NCBI GenBank assembly: GCA_043782715.1
Contig: JAYWAE010000233.1
Span: 1 to 33,742 of the forward strand
Length of the DNA: 33,742 nucleotides
DNA from: Pseudobdellovibrionaceae bacterium
Lineage (GTDB): Bacteria > Bdellovibrionota > Bdellovibrionia > Bdellovibrionales > UBA1609
Direction: 5' to 3'
In this document: in pieces, positions 7,987 through 17,857 of the stretch
Position numbering within the stretch: the first letter of the stretch is position 1
How the letters are laid out: the number at the start of each line of letters is the position of its first letter
Notes under the pieces: model-generated
Told to the model about the DNA's origin: nothing
Database searches by the model: none
Seen by the model: the letters and a program-made list of their open reading frames with translations, nothing else
Made by a program: the position numbers and the translations under genes

Positions 7987-8244
7987 AAAACCTTCTCCTT
8001 TTACCATGTCTGCTTACCTTAAGAGCATTGCAACGGGGGTGCCATGGGCCGCCTCGCGTTCTATTGCACGCCGGGTTTTAAAACTGCTCAAAGTATTGAC
8101 AGTGGGATTCTCACCTTCGGCACGTGTACACCTGGTTTACACCTGTGCGACCTCGTCGACATCCAGGGGATGACTAATCTCTTGGGATTACGGCTCTATT
8201 TTCCGTTCTCAGAATGAGACACGTGGTCGGATGCGGGGGCTCAA

Positions 8245-9114
8245 TTACAACCAATAAATTAGACAGCCCGCAAATTCATACTCATAAATGATGGGCACTT
8301 GATTGGGAACGATGCTGAGCCGGCCCTCACCCGCGAGCGAAAGATTCTTGAGCAAGAAGAATTGCAGGCCAGCAAATCCCTGTACGCCCACGTAAGTCGA
8401 CTTCTCTTGATCGGAAGTACTGAGGCGCTTGCCATCCAAAGTGACATCGACCGACGTCGCTTTGCTTACGCCTAATCCCGCGCCGGCGTAGACGAACTTC
8501 CACGGCAGCGGGTTGAAGGCCTTTTGCAGCAGCAGTGAAATCATCTTGTGATTGATCTCAATTGGCTTGGTGCCGCCACCCCCTGAGTTGGTCACGGCCA
8601 GCGCCATGTAGTGAGTCGTCTTATAGCCCAAGGAAAGGCGCCAAAAATTCTGCTCGTATAATTGCAAATTCACATAAGGCACCAGCTGTTGGCTGACGTA
8701 GGCCGAAGTCGTCCACTGCACCTGATCTTCGGTTTGGAAGTTGCGCCCAGTCTGCGACAGGTGGTCGTACGCGCCCCCCAAACCCACTCCCCACTTGCGC
8801 TTGGGCCTTTCGGCGTCGGCCTTGGAGACCACCTCCACGTCGGACCGCGCGACGTAGCCAACCCGCCACTTTCCTTTGAGTTTGATTTTGACCCGCCGGA
8901 AATCACCGGCCTCATCGCCCAAAAGGATCGGCTCGCCGGCCTTAAGGACAACAGCGGGCTTCGCCCCAGGCGTGGCCGAAGAGTAGACTGGGGTGTCGTG
9001 ATTCACCGACATTGAAATATCAGCGCCAGAGGCCAACGGAAGGCAAAACCAAAGGAGCCAAGTGACAGGCAAAAGCATTCTCACCAGTTTAGGGAACAAA
9101 GGCAGTGAGAACAA
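8245..9114 (-). CDS. exported protein with SH3b-like N-domain and putative beta-barrel C-domain
   Basis: 289-aa ORF. Signal-like segment MLLPVTWLLWFCLPLASG, so the true start may be the internal Met near 9078. The segment VLKAGEPILLGDEAGDFRRVKIKLKGKWRVGYVARSDV looks like a bacterial SH3 domain. The C-terminal half has alternating hydrophobic beta-strand patterns ending in an aromatic-rich tail. Confidence 0.45.
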   Translation of the reverse strand: MFSLPLFPKLVRMLLPVTWLLWFCLPLASGADISMSVNHDTPVYSSATPGAKPAVVLKAGEPILLGDEAGDFRRVKIKLKGKWRVGYVARSDVEVVSKADAERPKRKWGVGLGGAYDHLSQTGRNFQTEDQVQWTTSAYVSQQLVPYVNLQLYEQNFWRLSLGYKTTHYMALAVTNSGGGGTKPIEINHKMISLLLQKAFNPLPWKFVYAGAGLGVSKATSVDVTLDGKRLSTSDQEKSTYVGVQGFAGLQFFLLKNLSLAGEGRLSIVPNQVPIIYEYEFAGCLIYWL

Positions 9115-9174
9115 ACTCAGGACCAGTCCTCAGTCTTGACTGCGACGCAGTACGGCGGTAGTGTCCGCATCCTT

Positions 9175-9750
9175 ATGAAAGCACGTCTAAATCCAACGTC
9201 AATTCCCCTTAAAGACCTCCCGCCCGAGGGCCGCGACTTCATCTACACCCGTGAGAGCGGCGAGCTGAACGACGGCCTCAAGGACTTGATAGGGACCAAT
9301 GGCTACCAGGTTCGTTTTCAGCTCCTCCCTGTGGGCAATGCCTACAATTTGGTTGGTACGCTGGAAACCCACCTGAATCTCGAATGCTCACTTTGTGCAA
9401 TCGATCTTAAATTCCCCGTGAAGCAAAATCTGAATGAAGTGCTGGTGGTGCAAAAGCCACTCGGCAAAGGCGACCAACAGTCCAAAGCCAATCACGCGCA
9501 TGAATGGTCAGATTCAGGCCCGGACTATATCTTATTGGATTCTGAGGTCTTTAACGTGACCGACTATGTGCATGAGGCGATCGGCTTGGCTGAACCCATT
9601 CGCCCATTAGGCAAGCCCGACTGCGATGTCTCGTGCGAGAATTTGACCGAGCCGGTGAAGAAATGGCTCATTCCAAGCGGTCAGCCCGGGACGGATCCGA
9701 TCAAAACCAACCCCTTCCAAGTGCTGGAAAAAATCAAATTAAAGAGTTGA
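9175..9750 (+). CDS. yceD: YceD/DUF177 family protein
   Basis: Acidic protein of about 190 aa with Cys pairs (ECSLC, CDVSC), immediately upstream of rpmF as in the canonical yceD-rpmF cluster. ATG 9175 is preferred over the TTG at 9136 given in the ORF track. Confidence 0.75.
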   Translation: MKARLNPTSIPLKDLPPEGRDFIYTRESGELNDGLKDLIGTNGYQVRFQLLPVGNAYNLVGTLETHLNLECSLCAIDLKFPVKQNLNEVLVVQKPLGKGDQQSKANHAHEWSDSGPDYILLDSEVFNVTDYVHEAIGLAEPIRPLGKPDCDVSCENLTEPVKKWLIPSGQPGTDPIKTNPFQVLEKIKLKS

Positions 9751-9811
9751 TTTCCCTGACCTTGTAGATGAAATTCAGACCTCTTTAAATATTGAAAACA
9801 GTGAGCGTGCT

Positions 9812-9991
9812 ATGCCAACACCTAAAAAGAAAACCTCGCGTTCCCGCCGTGATATGCGCCGTTCCCACGATTTCTTGGTCCCACCGGGAACCCAATCGTG
9901 CCCGAACTGCGGAGCGCTGGCCAAGCCCCACCACGTTTGCGTGTCTTGCGGTTACTACAAGGGCCGTGAAGTCGTTACGGCACAAGCGTAA
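9812..9991 (+). CDS. rpmF: 50S ribosomal protein L32
   Basis: 59 aa, below the ORF-track cutoff: [55 protein letters not shown]. It has the typical L32 N-terminus and a C-x2-C...C-x2-C zinc ribbon. Confidence 0.9.
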   Translation: MPTPKKKTSRSRRDMRRSHDFLVPPGTQSCPNCGALAKPHHVCVSCGYYKGREVVTAQA

Positions 9992-9996
9992 GGCAA

Positions 9997-10989
9997 ATGG
10001 CCCAGTACAGATCGCGCCTTGCGGGCACAGGTCACTACTTACCCGAAAAGCGCCTTTCGAACGAAGACCTCGAAAATTTAGTTGAAACCAATGATCAATG
10101 GATTCGAGAGCGGACCGGCATTCGCTGGCGTCGCATTGCCGCCGAAGGCGAGTTCACCAGCGACCTATCCCTAAAAGCGTCGCGCATAGCCCTCGACGAA
10201 GCGAAACTTTCCGCCAAAGACATTGATATGATCTTGGTGGCGACGGTTTCACCCGACCAACCGATGCCCAATACCGCCTGCGTGTTGCAACATAAGTTGG
10301 GCGCCCGGGATTGCATGGCGGTCGATATCTCCGCCGCCTGCTCCGGTTTTGTTTACGGACTCAGCATTGCCGATCAGTTTATTCGCACCGGCACTTATAA
10401 AAACATTCTCTTAGTGGGCGCCGAAGTTCTGCACCGCTACGTCGATTACAAAGACAGAGACACCTGCATTCTCTTCGGCGACGGCGCCGGTGCGGCCGTA
10501 GTTTCGCGCGCGAAAGACGATGAGGACTCTAAGATCTATAGCTCGCATTTACATGCCGACGGCTCGATCTCAGATTTGTTCGTACTGCCTGCAGGCGGCT
10601 CGGCGATTCCGTTCTCACAGCGCGTGCTGGACGAGGGCCTAAACTTTGTCAAAATGAAAGGCCGCGAGATCTTCAAGCACGCTGTGCGCACGATGTCGCA
10701 GAGCTGCGCCGAAGCGTTGGCCTTCAACAACATGAAGCCCGAAGAAATTTCCTGGATCGTTCCGCATCAAGCCAACTTGCGCATCATAGAAGGCGTGGCC
10801 AAACACTTCGATATCCCCATGGACAAAGTGGTGGTGGAGATCGAAGACATGGGCAACACGTCGGCCGCGACTGTGATCGTGGCTCTTGACCGGGCGATCA
10901 AAGATGGCCGGGTGAAGCGCGGACAAAATATTTTGCTCACCGCCTTCGGCGCCGGCATCACCAGCGGCTCCCTGTTAATGAGGTACTAG
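9997..10989 (+). CDS. fabH: 3-oxoacyl-ACP synthase III
   Basis: 330 aa with the Cys-His-Asn triad contexts AACSGF, PHQANLRI and GNTSAAT. Position in the fab cluster. Confidence 0.9.
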   Translation: MAQYRSRLAGTGHYLPEKRLSNEDLENLVETNDQWIRERTGIRWRRIAAEGEFTSDLSLKASRIALDEAKLSAKDIDMILVATVSPDQPMPNTACVLQHKLGARDCMAVDISAACSGFVYGLSIADQFIRTGTYKNILLVGAEVLHRYVDYKDRDTCILFGDGAGAAVVSRAKDDEDSKIYSSHLHADGSISDLFVLPAGGSAIPFSQRVLDEGLNFVKMKGREIFKHAVRTMSQSCAEALAFNNMKPEEISWIVPHQANLRIIEGVAKHFDIPMDKVVVEIEDMGNTSAATVIVALDRAIKDGRVKRGQNILLTAFGAGITSGSLLMRY

Positions 10990-10992
10990 TGC

Positions 10993-11955
10993 ATGTGGAG
11001 CGCGCTTTTTCCCGGCCAGGGCAGCCAGCATCCGGGAATGGGGAAATTCCTCTACTCTGAATTCACACTCGCCAAACGTCTATTTGAGGAAGCCTCGGAC
11101 GCACTTAGTGTCGACTTCCGCAAACTCTGCTTTGACGGCAGCGAATCCGATTTGGCGCTTACTGAGAACACTCAACCCTGTCTTCTGCTCGTGTCGACTA
11201 TCAGCTTTCAAATTTTACACACTGAACTCGGCTTCGCGCCTCAGGTAGCCGCTGGACATTCCATCGGGGAATATGCCGCCGTTGTTACGGCCGGCAGTCT
11301 GAAGTTCTCGGATGGAATGAAGGCTGTGCGCAAGCGCGGCCAGGCGATGCAGGGTGCAGTGCCCGTCGGCAAAGGCGGGATGACGGCCGTCTTGGGCTTA
11401 GAGCCTGCGCAGGTTGTTGAACTCTGCCTGTGGGCTGAGAAAGAAACCGGCCTCAGCCCGGTGCAATCCGCCAACATCAATGCCCCCGGACAAATCGTGA
11501 TCAGCGGCGACAAGCGGATCCTGGACTGGATTCCCGCTAATTTTAAAGCCGAGAATTTCGCTGGGGCGCGCGTGAAGTTCATTCCACTCAAAGTGTCGGC
11601 GCCATTTCATTGCTCAATGATGAAACCCGCGGCAGAAGTCATGGCGAATGTGCTCGGCGACATGGTTTTTTCGGACGCCCGCTTTCCGATCGTGCAAAAC
11701 GTGAACGCACAAGCGGTGACGGCGGGCGCGGAATTGCGCAAGAACCTCGTCGCGCAAGTGTCTTCGCCGGTGCGCTGGATCGAATGCGTGCAAGGTGTAC
11801 GCAAAGTCGGCGCCGAGCGCGCCATTGAAACCGGCTGCGGCAAAGTTCTCGCCGGTTTGGTCAAAAAAATCGACGCCGAAATAAAAGTGTTTGCTCTCAA
11901 TTCAATGGAAGATTTTAAAATTATCACGACCGAACTCAAAGGCTCCCATGAATAG
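10993..11955 (+). CDS. fabD: malonyl-CoA:ACP transacylase
   Basis: 320 aa with FPGQGSQ and the GHSIGEY active-site motif. Position in the fab cluster. Confidence 0.9.
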   Translation: MWSALFPGQGSQHPGMGKFLYSEFTLAKRLFEEASDALSVDFRKLCFDGSESDLALTENTQPCLLLVSTISFQILHTELGFAPQVAAGHSIGEYAAVVTAGSLKFSDGMKAVRKRGQAMQGAVPVGKGGMTAVLGLEPAQVVELCLWAEKETGLSPVQSANINAPGQIVISGDKRILDWIPANFKAENFAGARVKFIPLKVSAPFHCSMMKPAAEVMANVLGDMVFSDARFPIVQNVNAQAVTAGAELRKNLVAQVSSPVRWIECVQGVRKVGAERAIETGCGKVLAGLVKKIDAEIKVFALNSMEDFKIITTELKGSHE

Positions 11956-12688
11956 CTTGAAAGACAAATGCATCGTGGTGACAGGCAGCTCGCGTGGTAT
12001 CGGAGCCGGCATCGCTAGGCGCTTGGCCGAAGCCGGTGCCCGTGTCGCCATCACCTATTCGGGAAGCAAAGACGCGGCCGAAAAAGTCCTGGCTTCACTC
12101 CCCGGCCAAGGCCATATGATTTTGCAACTCAATGTCGGAGATGGCGCGTCCGTTGAAGCCGGTTTCGCCAAAATCCTCGAGACTTTTGGCGCCGTCGACG
12201 GTCTGGTCAACAACGCCGGCATCACCCGCGATGCCCTGCTCATGCGCATGAAGGAAGAAGACTTCGACGCCGTCATTCAGACCAACCTGCGTGGGGCATT
12301 CTTGTGCACGAAAGCGGTCATGCGGCCGATGCTTAAGGCGCGGCGCGGCTCTATCGTCAACGTCTCCAGTGTAGTGGGACAGATGGGTAATGCGGGTCAG
12401 GCCAACTATGTCGCAAGCAAGGCTGGACTTGAGGGCTTTTCGCGCTCGGTTGCCGCCGAAGTCGCCTCCCGTGGTATCCGAGTCAACGCCGTGGCTCCTG
12501 GCTTTATCATGACCGACATGACGGACGAGTTAGACGCGAAACAGCGTGAAGCGATTGAAAAGAAAATCCCAATGGAACGCCTGGGATCGGTTGCGGATAT
12601 TGCCGACCCGGTGGTTTTTCTGCTCAGCGACATGTCCACCTACATCACGGGGCAAGTGCTCCAGGTGAATGGTGGACTGTATATGTGA
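11948..12688 (+). CDS. fabG: 3-oxoacyl-ACP reductase
   Basis: SDR with TGSSRGIG cofactor motif, NNAG, and Ser...YVASK catalytic residues. ATG 11948 overlaps the fabD stop by 8 nt and gives the normal length of about 246 aa. The ORF-track start at 11891 lies inside fabD. Confidence 0.9.
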   Translation: MNSLKDKCIVVTGSSRGIGAGIARRLAEAGARVAITYSGSKDAAEKVLASLPGQGHMILQLNVGDGASVEAGFAKILETFGAVDGLVNNAGITRDALLMRMKEEDFDAVIQTNLRGAFLCTKAVMRPMLKARRGSIVNVSSVVGQMGNAGQANYVASKAGLEGFSRSVAAEVASRGIRVNAVAPGFIMTDMTDELDAKQREAIEKKIPMERLGSVADIADPVVFLLSDMSTYITGQVLQVNGGLYM

Positions 12689-12782
12689 CAAGTCTTGATT
12701 ATTTTTGCTATAAGAGAGTTTTGAAACGAAATGCAACGGGTTACTCTCGCAAACAGAGCGCCCTTAGAACACAGGAGAAAGT

Positions 12783-13019
12783 ATGTCTCTTCAGCCGAAG
12801 GTTTTGAAAATCATCGAAGAACAATTGGGCGTGGACCCTGAGCGCGTCAAGCCGGAGAGCTCATTCATCGATGATCTCGGCGCCGACAGCCTCGACATCG
12901 TCGAGTTGGTCATGGCGATGGAAGAAGAATTTGAAATTGAAATTCCCGACGAAGATGCAGAGAAGCTGCGCACGGTTCAAGATGTAATGAAATATCTTGA
13001 GACCAAAGGGAAAAACTAA
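12783..13019 (+). CDS. acpP: acyl carrier protein
   Basis: 78 aa with the LGADSLD phosphopantetheine attachment motif and GGAGAAAG RBS. Confidence 0.95.
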   Translation: MSLQPKVLKIIEEQLGVDPERVKPESSFIDDLGADSLDIVELVMAMEEEFEIEIPDEDAEKLRTVQDVMKYLETKGKN

Positions 13020-13031
13020 GGAGCTCTAAGC

Positions 13032-14297
13032 TTGAGCAATATCTTCGTTCGTTCATCCGGACCACAACGACGGGTTGTGGTCACGGGAATGGGCCTCATC
13101 ACCCCCCTCGGATTGAATCTGAAGGAGAGCTGGAGTGGCCTTGTGAACGGCAAATCCGGCATTGGTAAAATCACTTCGTTCGATGCCGCGGCTTACGACG
13201 CCCAGATCGCCGGCGAAATCAAAGGCTTCAATTCCGACGAGTACGTCGCCAAAAAAGAACAAAAGAAAATGGACCGCTTCATCCACTTGGCGCTCGGTGC
13301 GACCAAGATGGCCCTTGAAGATTCTCAATTTCCGCTCGCCACCGCCGATTTAACCCGCGTCGGTTCGTTGATCGGCGTCGGCATGGGCGGACTGCCTTTC
13401 ATCGAAACTCAAAGCACGATTTTGCGTGAACGCGGCCCCGGCCGTGTGTCGCCGTTTTTCATTCCCTCCGTCATCACCAATATGGCTTCGGGCCAAGTCA
13501 CGATGGCATATGGGCTCAAAGGTCCCAACTACAGTGTGACCTCAGCTTGCGCTTCGGGCGCGCACGCGATCGGCGAAGCCGCGGGTTTTATTCGCGACGG
13601 ACGTTGCGATGCCATGGTCGTGGGCGGAGCCGAGGCCGTGGTCACACCGATGGCGGTCGCGGGATTCTCCTCGATGCGGGCGCTGAGCACGCGTAACGAC
13701 AATCCGCAGGCCGCTAGCCGTCCTTGGGACCGCGATCGTGACGGCTTTGTTTTGTCCGAAGGCGTGGGCATGCTGATTTTGGAAGACTATGAGTACGCTT
13801 CCAAACGAGGCGCTCGCATCTACGCCGAAGTTTGCGGCTATGGATTGTCGTCCGACGCTTATCATATGACTTCACCGGCTCCTGGCGGCGTTGGTGCGGC
13901 GATGGCGATGAACGATGCCATTCGCGATGCGCGGCTGACTGCGGAGCAAATCGGCTACATCAACGCGCATGGCACGAGCACGCCCGTCGGCGATGAAATC
14001 GAAACCCAAGCCGTGAAGGCCGTCTTCGGTGACCATGCCAAAAAAGTTTGGGTCTCTTCGACCAAGAGCATGATTGGCCACACACTCGGAGCCGCGGGTG
14101 CGGTCGAGAGCGTGATCGCCATTCAAGTGCTGGCCACAAACACCGTCCCACCCACGATCAATCTCGACAATCCCAGCCCGGATTGCGACCTTGACTACGT
14201 GCCGAAGACGGCGCGCGAGAAAAAAATGGATTTTGTTTTGAACAACAGCTTCGGCTTCGGCGGCACCAACTGCAGCCTGATCTTCGGACGGATCTAA
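13032..14297 (+). CDS. fabF: 3-oxoacyl-ACP synthase II
   Basis: 421 aa with the Cys-His-His contexts SACASG, HGTSTP and GHTLGAAG. TTG start with AAGGAG 8 nt upstream. Confidence 0.9.
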   Translation: MSNIFVRSSGPQRRVVVTGMGLITPLGLNLKESWSGLVNGKSGIGKITSFDAAAYDAQIAGEIKGFNSDEYVAKKEQKKMDRFIHLALGATKMALEDSQFPLATADLTRVGSLIGVGMGGLPFIETQSTILRERGPGRVSPFFIPSVITNMASGQVTMAYGLKGPNYSVTSACASGAHAIGEAAGFIRDGRCDAMVVGGAEAVVTPMAVAGFSSMRALSTRNDNPQAASRPWDRDRDGFVLSEGVGMLILEDYEYASKRGARIYAEVCGYGLSSDAYHMTSPAPGGVGAAMAMNDAIRDARLTAEQIGYINAHGTSTPVGDEIETQAVKAVFGDHAKKVWVSSTKSMIGHTLGAAGAVESVIAIQVLATNTVPPTINLDNPSPDCDLDYVPKTAREKKMDFVLNNSFGFGGTNCSLIFGRI

Positions 14298-14300
14298 ACT

Positions 14301-14322
14301 TTCCGTCCGGGAACGGAATTTG
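14301..14322 (+). terminator. weak hairpin plus T-tract between fabF and rpiB (possible attenuating terminator)
   Basis: TTCCGT-ccggga-ACGGAA followed by TTTG. The stem is only 6 bp and the T-run is short. Confidence 0.3.
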
Positions 14323-14324
14323 CG

Positions 14325-14783
14325 ATGATCTCAGAAGATTCCTTAAAAAAGAAATATAAAACGGTGTTCTTGGCTTGCGACCATGGCGGCCTCGAATTGA
14401 AAAATCATTTACTCGGGCGCTTTCCGTTCGTGCCGTGGAAAGATCTGGGCACCATGACGGGCGCGTCGGTCGACTATCCGGACTTCGCGGAAAAGTTGTG
14501 TTTGGAAATGAAGCCGCGGCTCACCGACTCCTGCGGCGTTCTCCTTTGCGGAAGCGGACAGGGTATGGCAATCCGCGCCAACCGCTTTCCATTTATTCGA
14601 GCGGCACTATGCTGGAACGAAGAAGTGAGCCGGCTGGCGCGCGAACATAACAATGCCAACATACTCTGCATCGGCGGCCGTATGGTCGCATTTCCGATCG
14701 CAGAAAAAATCTTGATGGCTTTTTTGCAAACCGACTTTGAAGGCGGCCGCCATCAGACCCGCGTCGATAAATTGAATTGCTAG
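14325..14783 (+). CDS. rpiB: ribose-5-phosphate isomerase B
   Basis: 152 aa RpiB/LacA/LacB family protein: [31 protein letters not shown]. Confidence 0.85.
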   Translation: MISEDSLKKKYKTVFLACDHGGLELKNHLLGRFPFVPWKDLGTMTGASVDYPDFAEKLCLEMKPRLTDSCGVLLCGSGQGMAIRANRFPFIRAALCWNEEVSRLAREHNNANILCIGGRMVAFPIAEKILMAFLQTDFEGGRHQTRVDKLNC

Positions 14784-14802
14784 CCCAGCTGAAGGAGCGA
14801 AG

Positions 14803-16041
<1,239 letters not shown>

Positions 16042-16051
16042 AATTGAACTT

Positions 16052-16729
16052 ATGGGATGCTTCGCACCGTCGCGGTTTAGCTGCGTCAGCCTTGTTTTAG
16101 CATTGCTCTCGGGCTGCGGAACCTACCGCACAGGCTCGGGAGAATATCACGGCATGGGCAGCTACCGCCCACCCAGCGACTACTCCGACAGTGCCGATGC
16201 CGCAAGCCAAGTTACGGAAGCCGACCAAATCGGCGCGCGTGAAAAATTGAGTCCTCGCGCGCAGTACGTCCCGCACGCGCCGTTCAAACTGTATTGGCCC
16301 GTGGCCCAGGTGCGCATCAACCGCGGATTCCATCCGCCGGAAGACCCTGCGCATTCGGGAATTGATTTGGGTGGCAAGCGCGGCGTGCCGATCTTGGCCG
16401 CGCATGAGGGTGTGGTGATTTACGCCGGCCAGGATTTCAGCGGCTACGGCAAAATGATTTTGGTTGAGTACGATAACGAGTGGGCGACCCTCTATGGCCA
16501 TCTCGATCAATTCGCGGTAGCGGAGAATACCATCGTCGCACCCGGCGATCCAATTGGTGCGATGGGCGCAACCGGCCGGGCTTCGGGTGTGCACTTGCAT
16601 TTTGAAGTGATGCACAATCGCCAGCCTATGGATCCGATGACACTGCTCACCCGGCCCACCAGCTACGTCGGCGTCAAGAGCAAGAAGCGCCGCTCTTCAA
16701 AGACCAGCCGCCGTAAAAACACTCTCTAG
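16052..16729 (+). CDS. M23 family metallopeptidase lipoprotein
   Basis: Lipobox LLSGC. H-x3-D (HSGIDLGG) and H-x-H (GVHLHFEV) zinc motifs of LytM/M23 peptidases. Basic C-terminal tail. Confidence 0.8.
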   Translation: MGCFAPSRFSCVSLVLALLSGCGTYRTGSGEYHGMGSYRPPSDYSDSADAASQVTEADQIGAREKLSPRAQYVPHAPFKLYWPVAQVRINRGFHPPEDPAHSGIDLGGKRGVPILAAHEGVVIYAGQDFSGYGKMILVEYDNEWATLYGHLDQFAVAENTIVAPGDPIGAMGATGRASGVHLHFEVMHNRQPMDPMTLLTRPTSYVGVKSKKRRSSKTSRRKNTL

Positions 16730-17857
16730 AAGAGCGGCATACTTTCCACCTTTGTAAGTGGCCGCTTGCGCGAGCGAAGCTTTCTTGGCCTCAATGAAAG
16801 TGGACGTCGCCGTCCAGGCGCGCGCATGCTCAAAGAAAAGAATGTCGGCATCGCGGCTGGCGCCGGACTCCAGTTCTTCCGCACGCGTGCGGAACTTCCA
16901 CCACAACGAAGCGTACCAGGCACCCTCCAACGCGATCTTGCCGGCGGACGCCCCCGTACACGCGGCATAAATCGCGGAGCGAGATTTGACCGACAATTTC
17001 GCGAGATCGCGATCTAAACCACATATGTTTTGTCCGGCCACGGATTGTCCGGCCGTTTCTCCGAGCTTGGGCGATTCGGGAAACATGATGCCCGCTAGAT
17101 AATCTCCGAAGGCGCCGTTGAGGGCGCCCGCACATCCGAGCTCGCTGGAGCAGCAGCCCTTGGGATTCAGATCGCAAGTCTTATGTTGCACAAGGTTGTG
17201 CAGATCGAAGGATTTTTCTCCGCTCAATTGATAGGCGAGCGCTTGCCCAAGGAGCTGGACGACGATTTCACCGCTCAGCGCTTTGGAAACCTCACCGGGC
17301 TTCTTGGCCAGAGAGATTGAATGGCCGCTTGCGGAGAACCCGGTGAAGCCGTCGTCGGGATAAATCGTCAGGCCTTTTACGGGTAGACGCTCTTCACCTA
17401 GGCGGGCAGTGAGATATTCAAAAGTACGGTTGGCCCAGTAGTAGGCCGTGACTTGCTCAACGTAAGACTGAGATTCAGAATATCCACCTTTGCGTTGGTC
17501 CGGATGACTGAGGGAAAAATGCGGCGTATGCAGCGAAAGGATTTTGAAATAGCGGTTCTCCAATCCATCCGAATGATTGAGTCCACGCAATTTGACGCCG
17601 TAATGAAGCAGCGCCGTGAGTTCACCTGGGCCGGCCGACGCTTGCTTTTGCGCCACTGGATTTTTGTACACGATGCACGCATCGAAATCCGCATCCGAGG
17701 CACAACTACTGGAGAGCTTATCACTGGGCGGGACGAGTTCCGTGCCGCCACTGGTAAAAAACGCCGGATCGTAAGAGCGCGCCACTTTCACGGACGAAAG
17801 TTTTGAGCATCCCACTATAAAGACCGCGACCGCCACAGCGGCAAGCTTAAGGGTCAT
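16697..17857 (-). CDS. lipoprotein with degenerate thermolysin-like (M4-like) motifs
   Basis: About 386 aa from ATG 17857; the ORF-track TTG is at 17860. Lipobox FIVGC. AYYWANRTFEYL and GALNGAFGDYLAG resemble M4 N-domain and 'GxxNEAxSD' segments, but HExxH is replaced by HNLVQH and the third-ligand Glu by Gly. Overlaps the S8 protease stop by 11 nt. Confidence 0.55.
   Translation of the reverse strand: MTLKLAAVAVAVFIVGCSKLSSVKVARSYDPAFFTSGGTELVPPSDKLSSSCASDADFDACIVYKNPVAQKQASAGPGELTALLHYGVKLRGLNHSDGLENRYFKILSLHTPHFSLSHPDQRKGGYSESQSYVEQVTAYYWANRTFEYLTARLGEERLPVKGLTIYPDDGFTGFSASGHSISLAKKPGEVSKALSGEIVVQLLGQALAYQLSGEKSFDLHNLVQHKTCDLNPKGCCSSELGCAGALNGAFGDYLAGIMFPESPKLGETAGQSVAGQNICGLDRDLAKLSVKSRSAIYAACTGASAGKIALEGAWYASLWWKFRTRAEELESGASRDADILFFEHARAWTATSTFIEAKKASLAQAATYKGGKYAALLESVFTAAGL

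Noticed and set aside
7552-8173. Two overlapping 156-aa plus-strand ORFs across the small secreted-protein gene
   Set aside because: The minus-strand ORF has a Shine-Dalgarno sequence, a signal peptide and a canonical terminator. The plus-strand ORFs have none of these and run through the terminator hairpin.
11891-11947. 5' extension of the fabG ORF into fabD
   Set aside because: The extension lies within the fabD coding region in another frame. ATG 11948 gives the standard SDR N-terminus (MNSLKDKCIVVTGSSRGIG).
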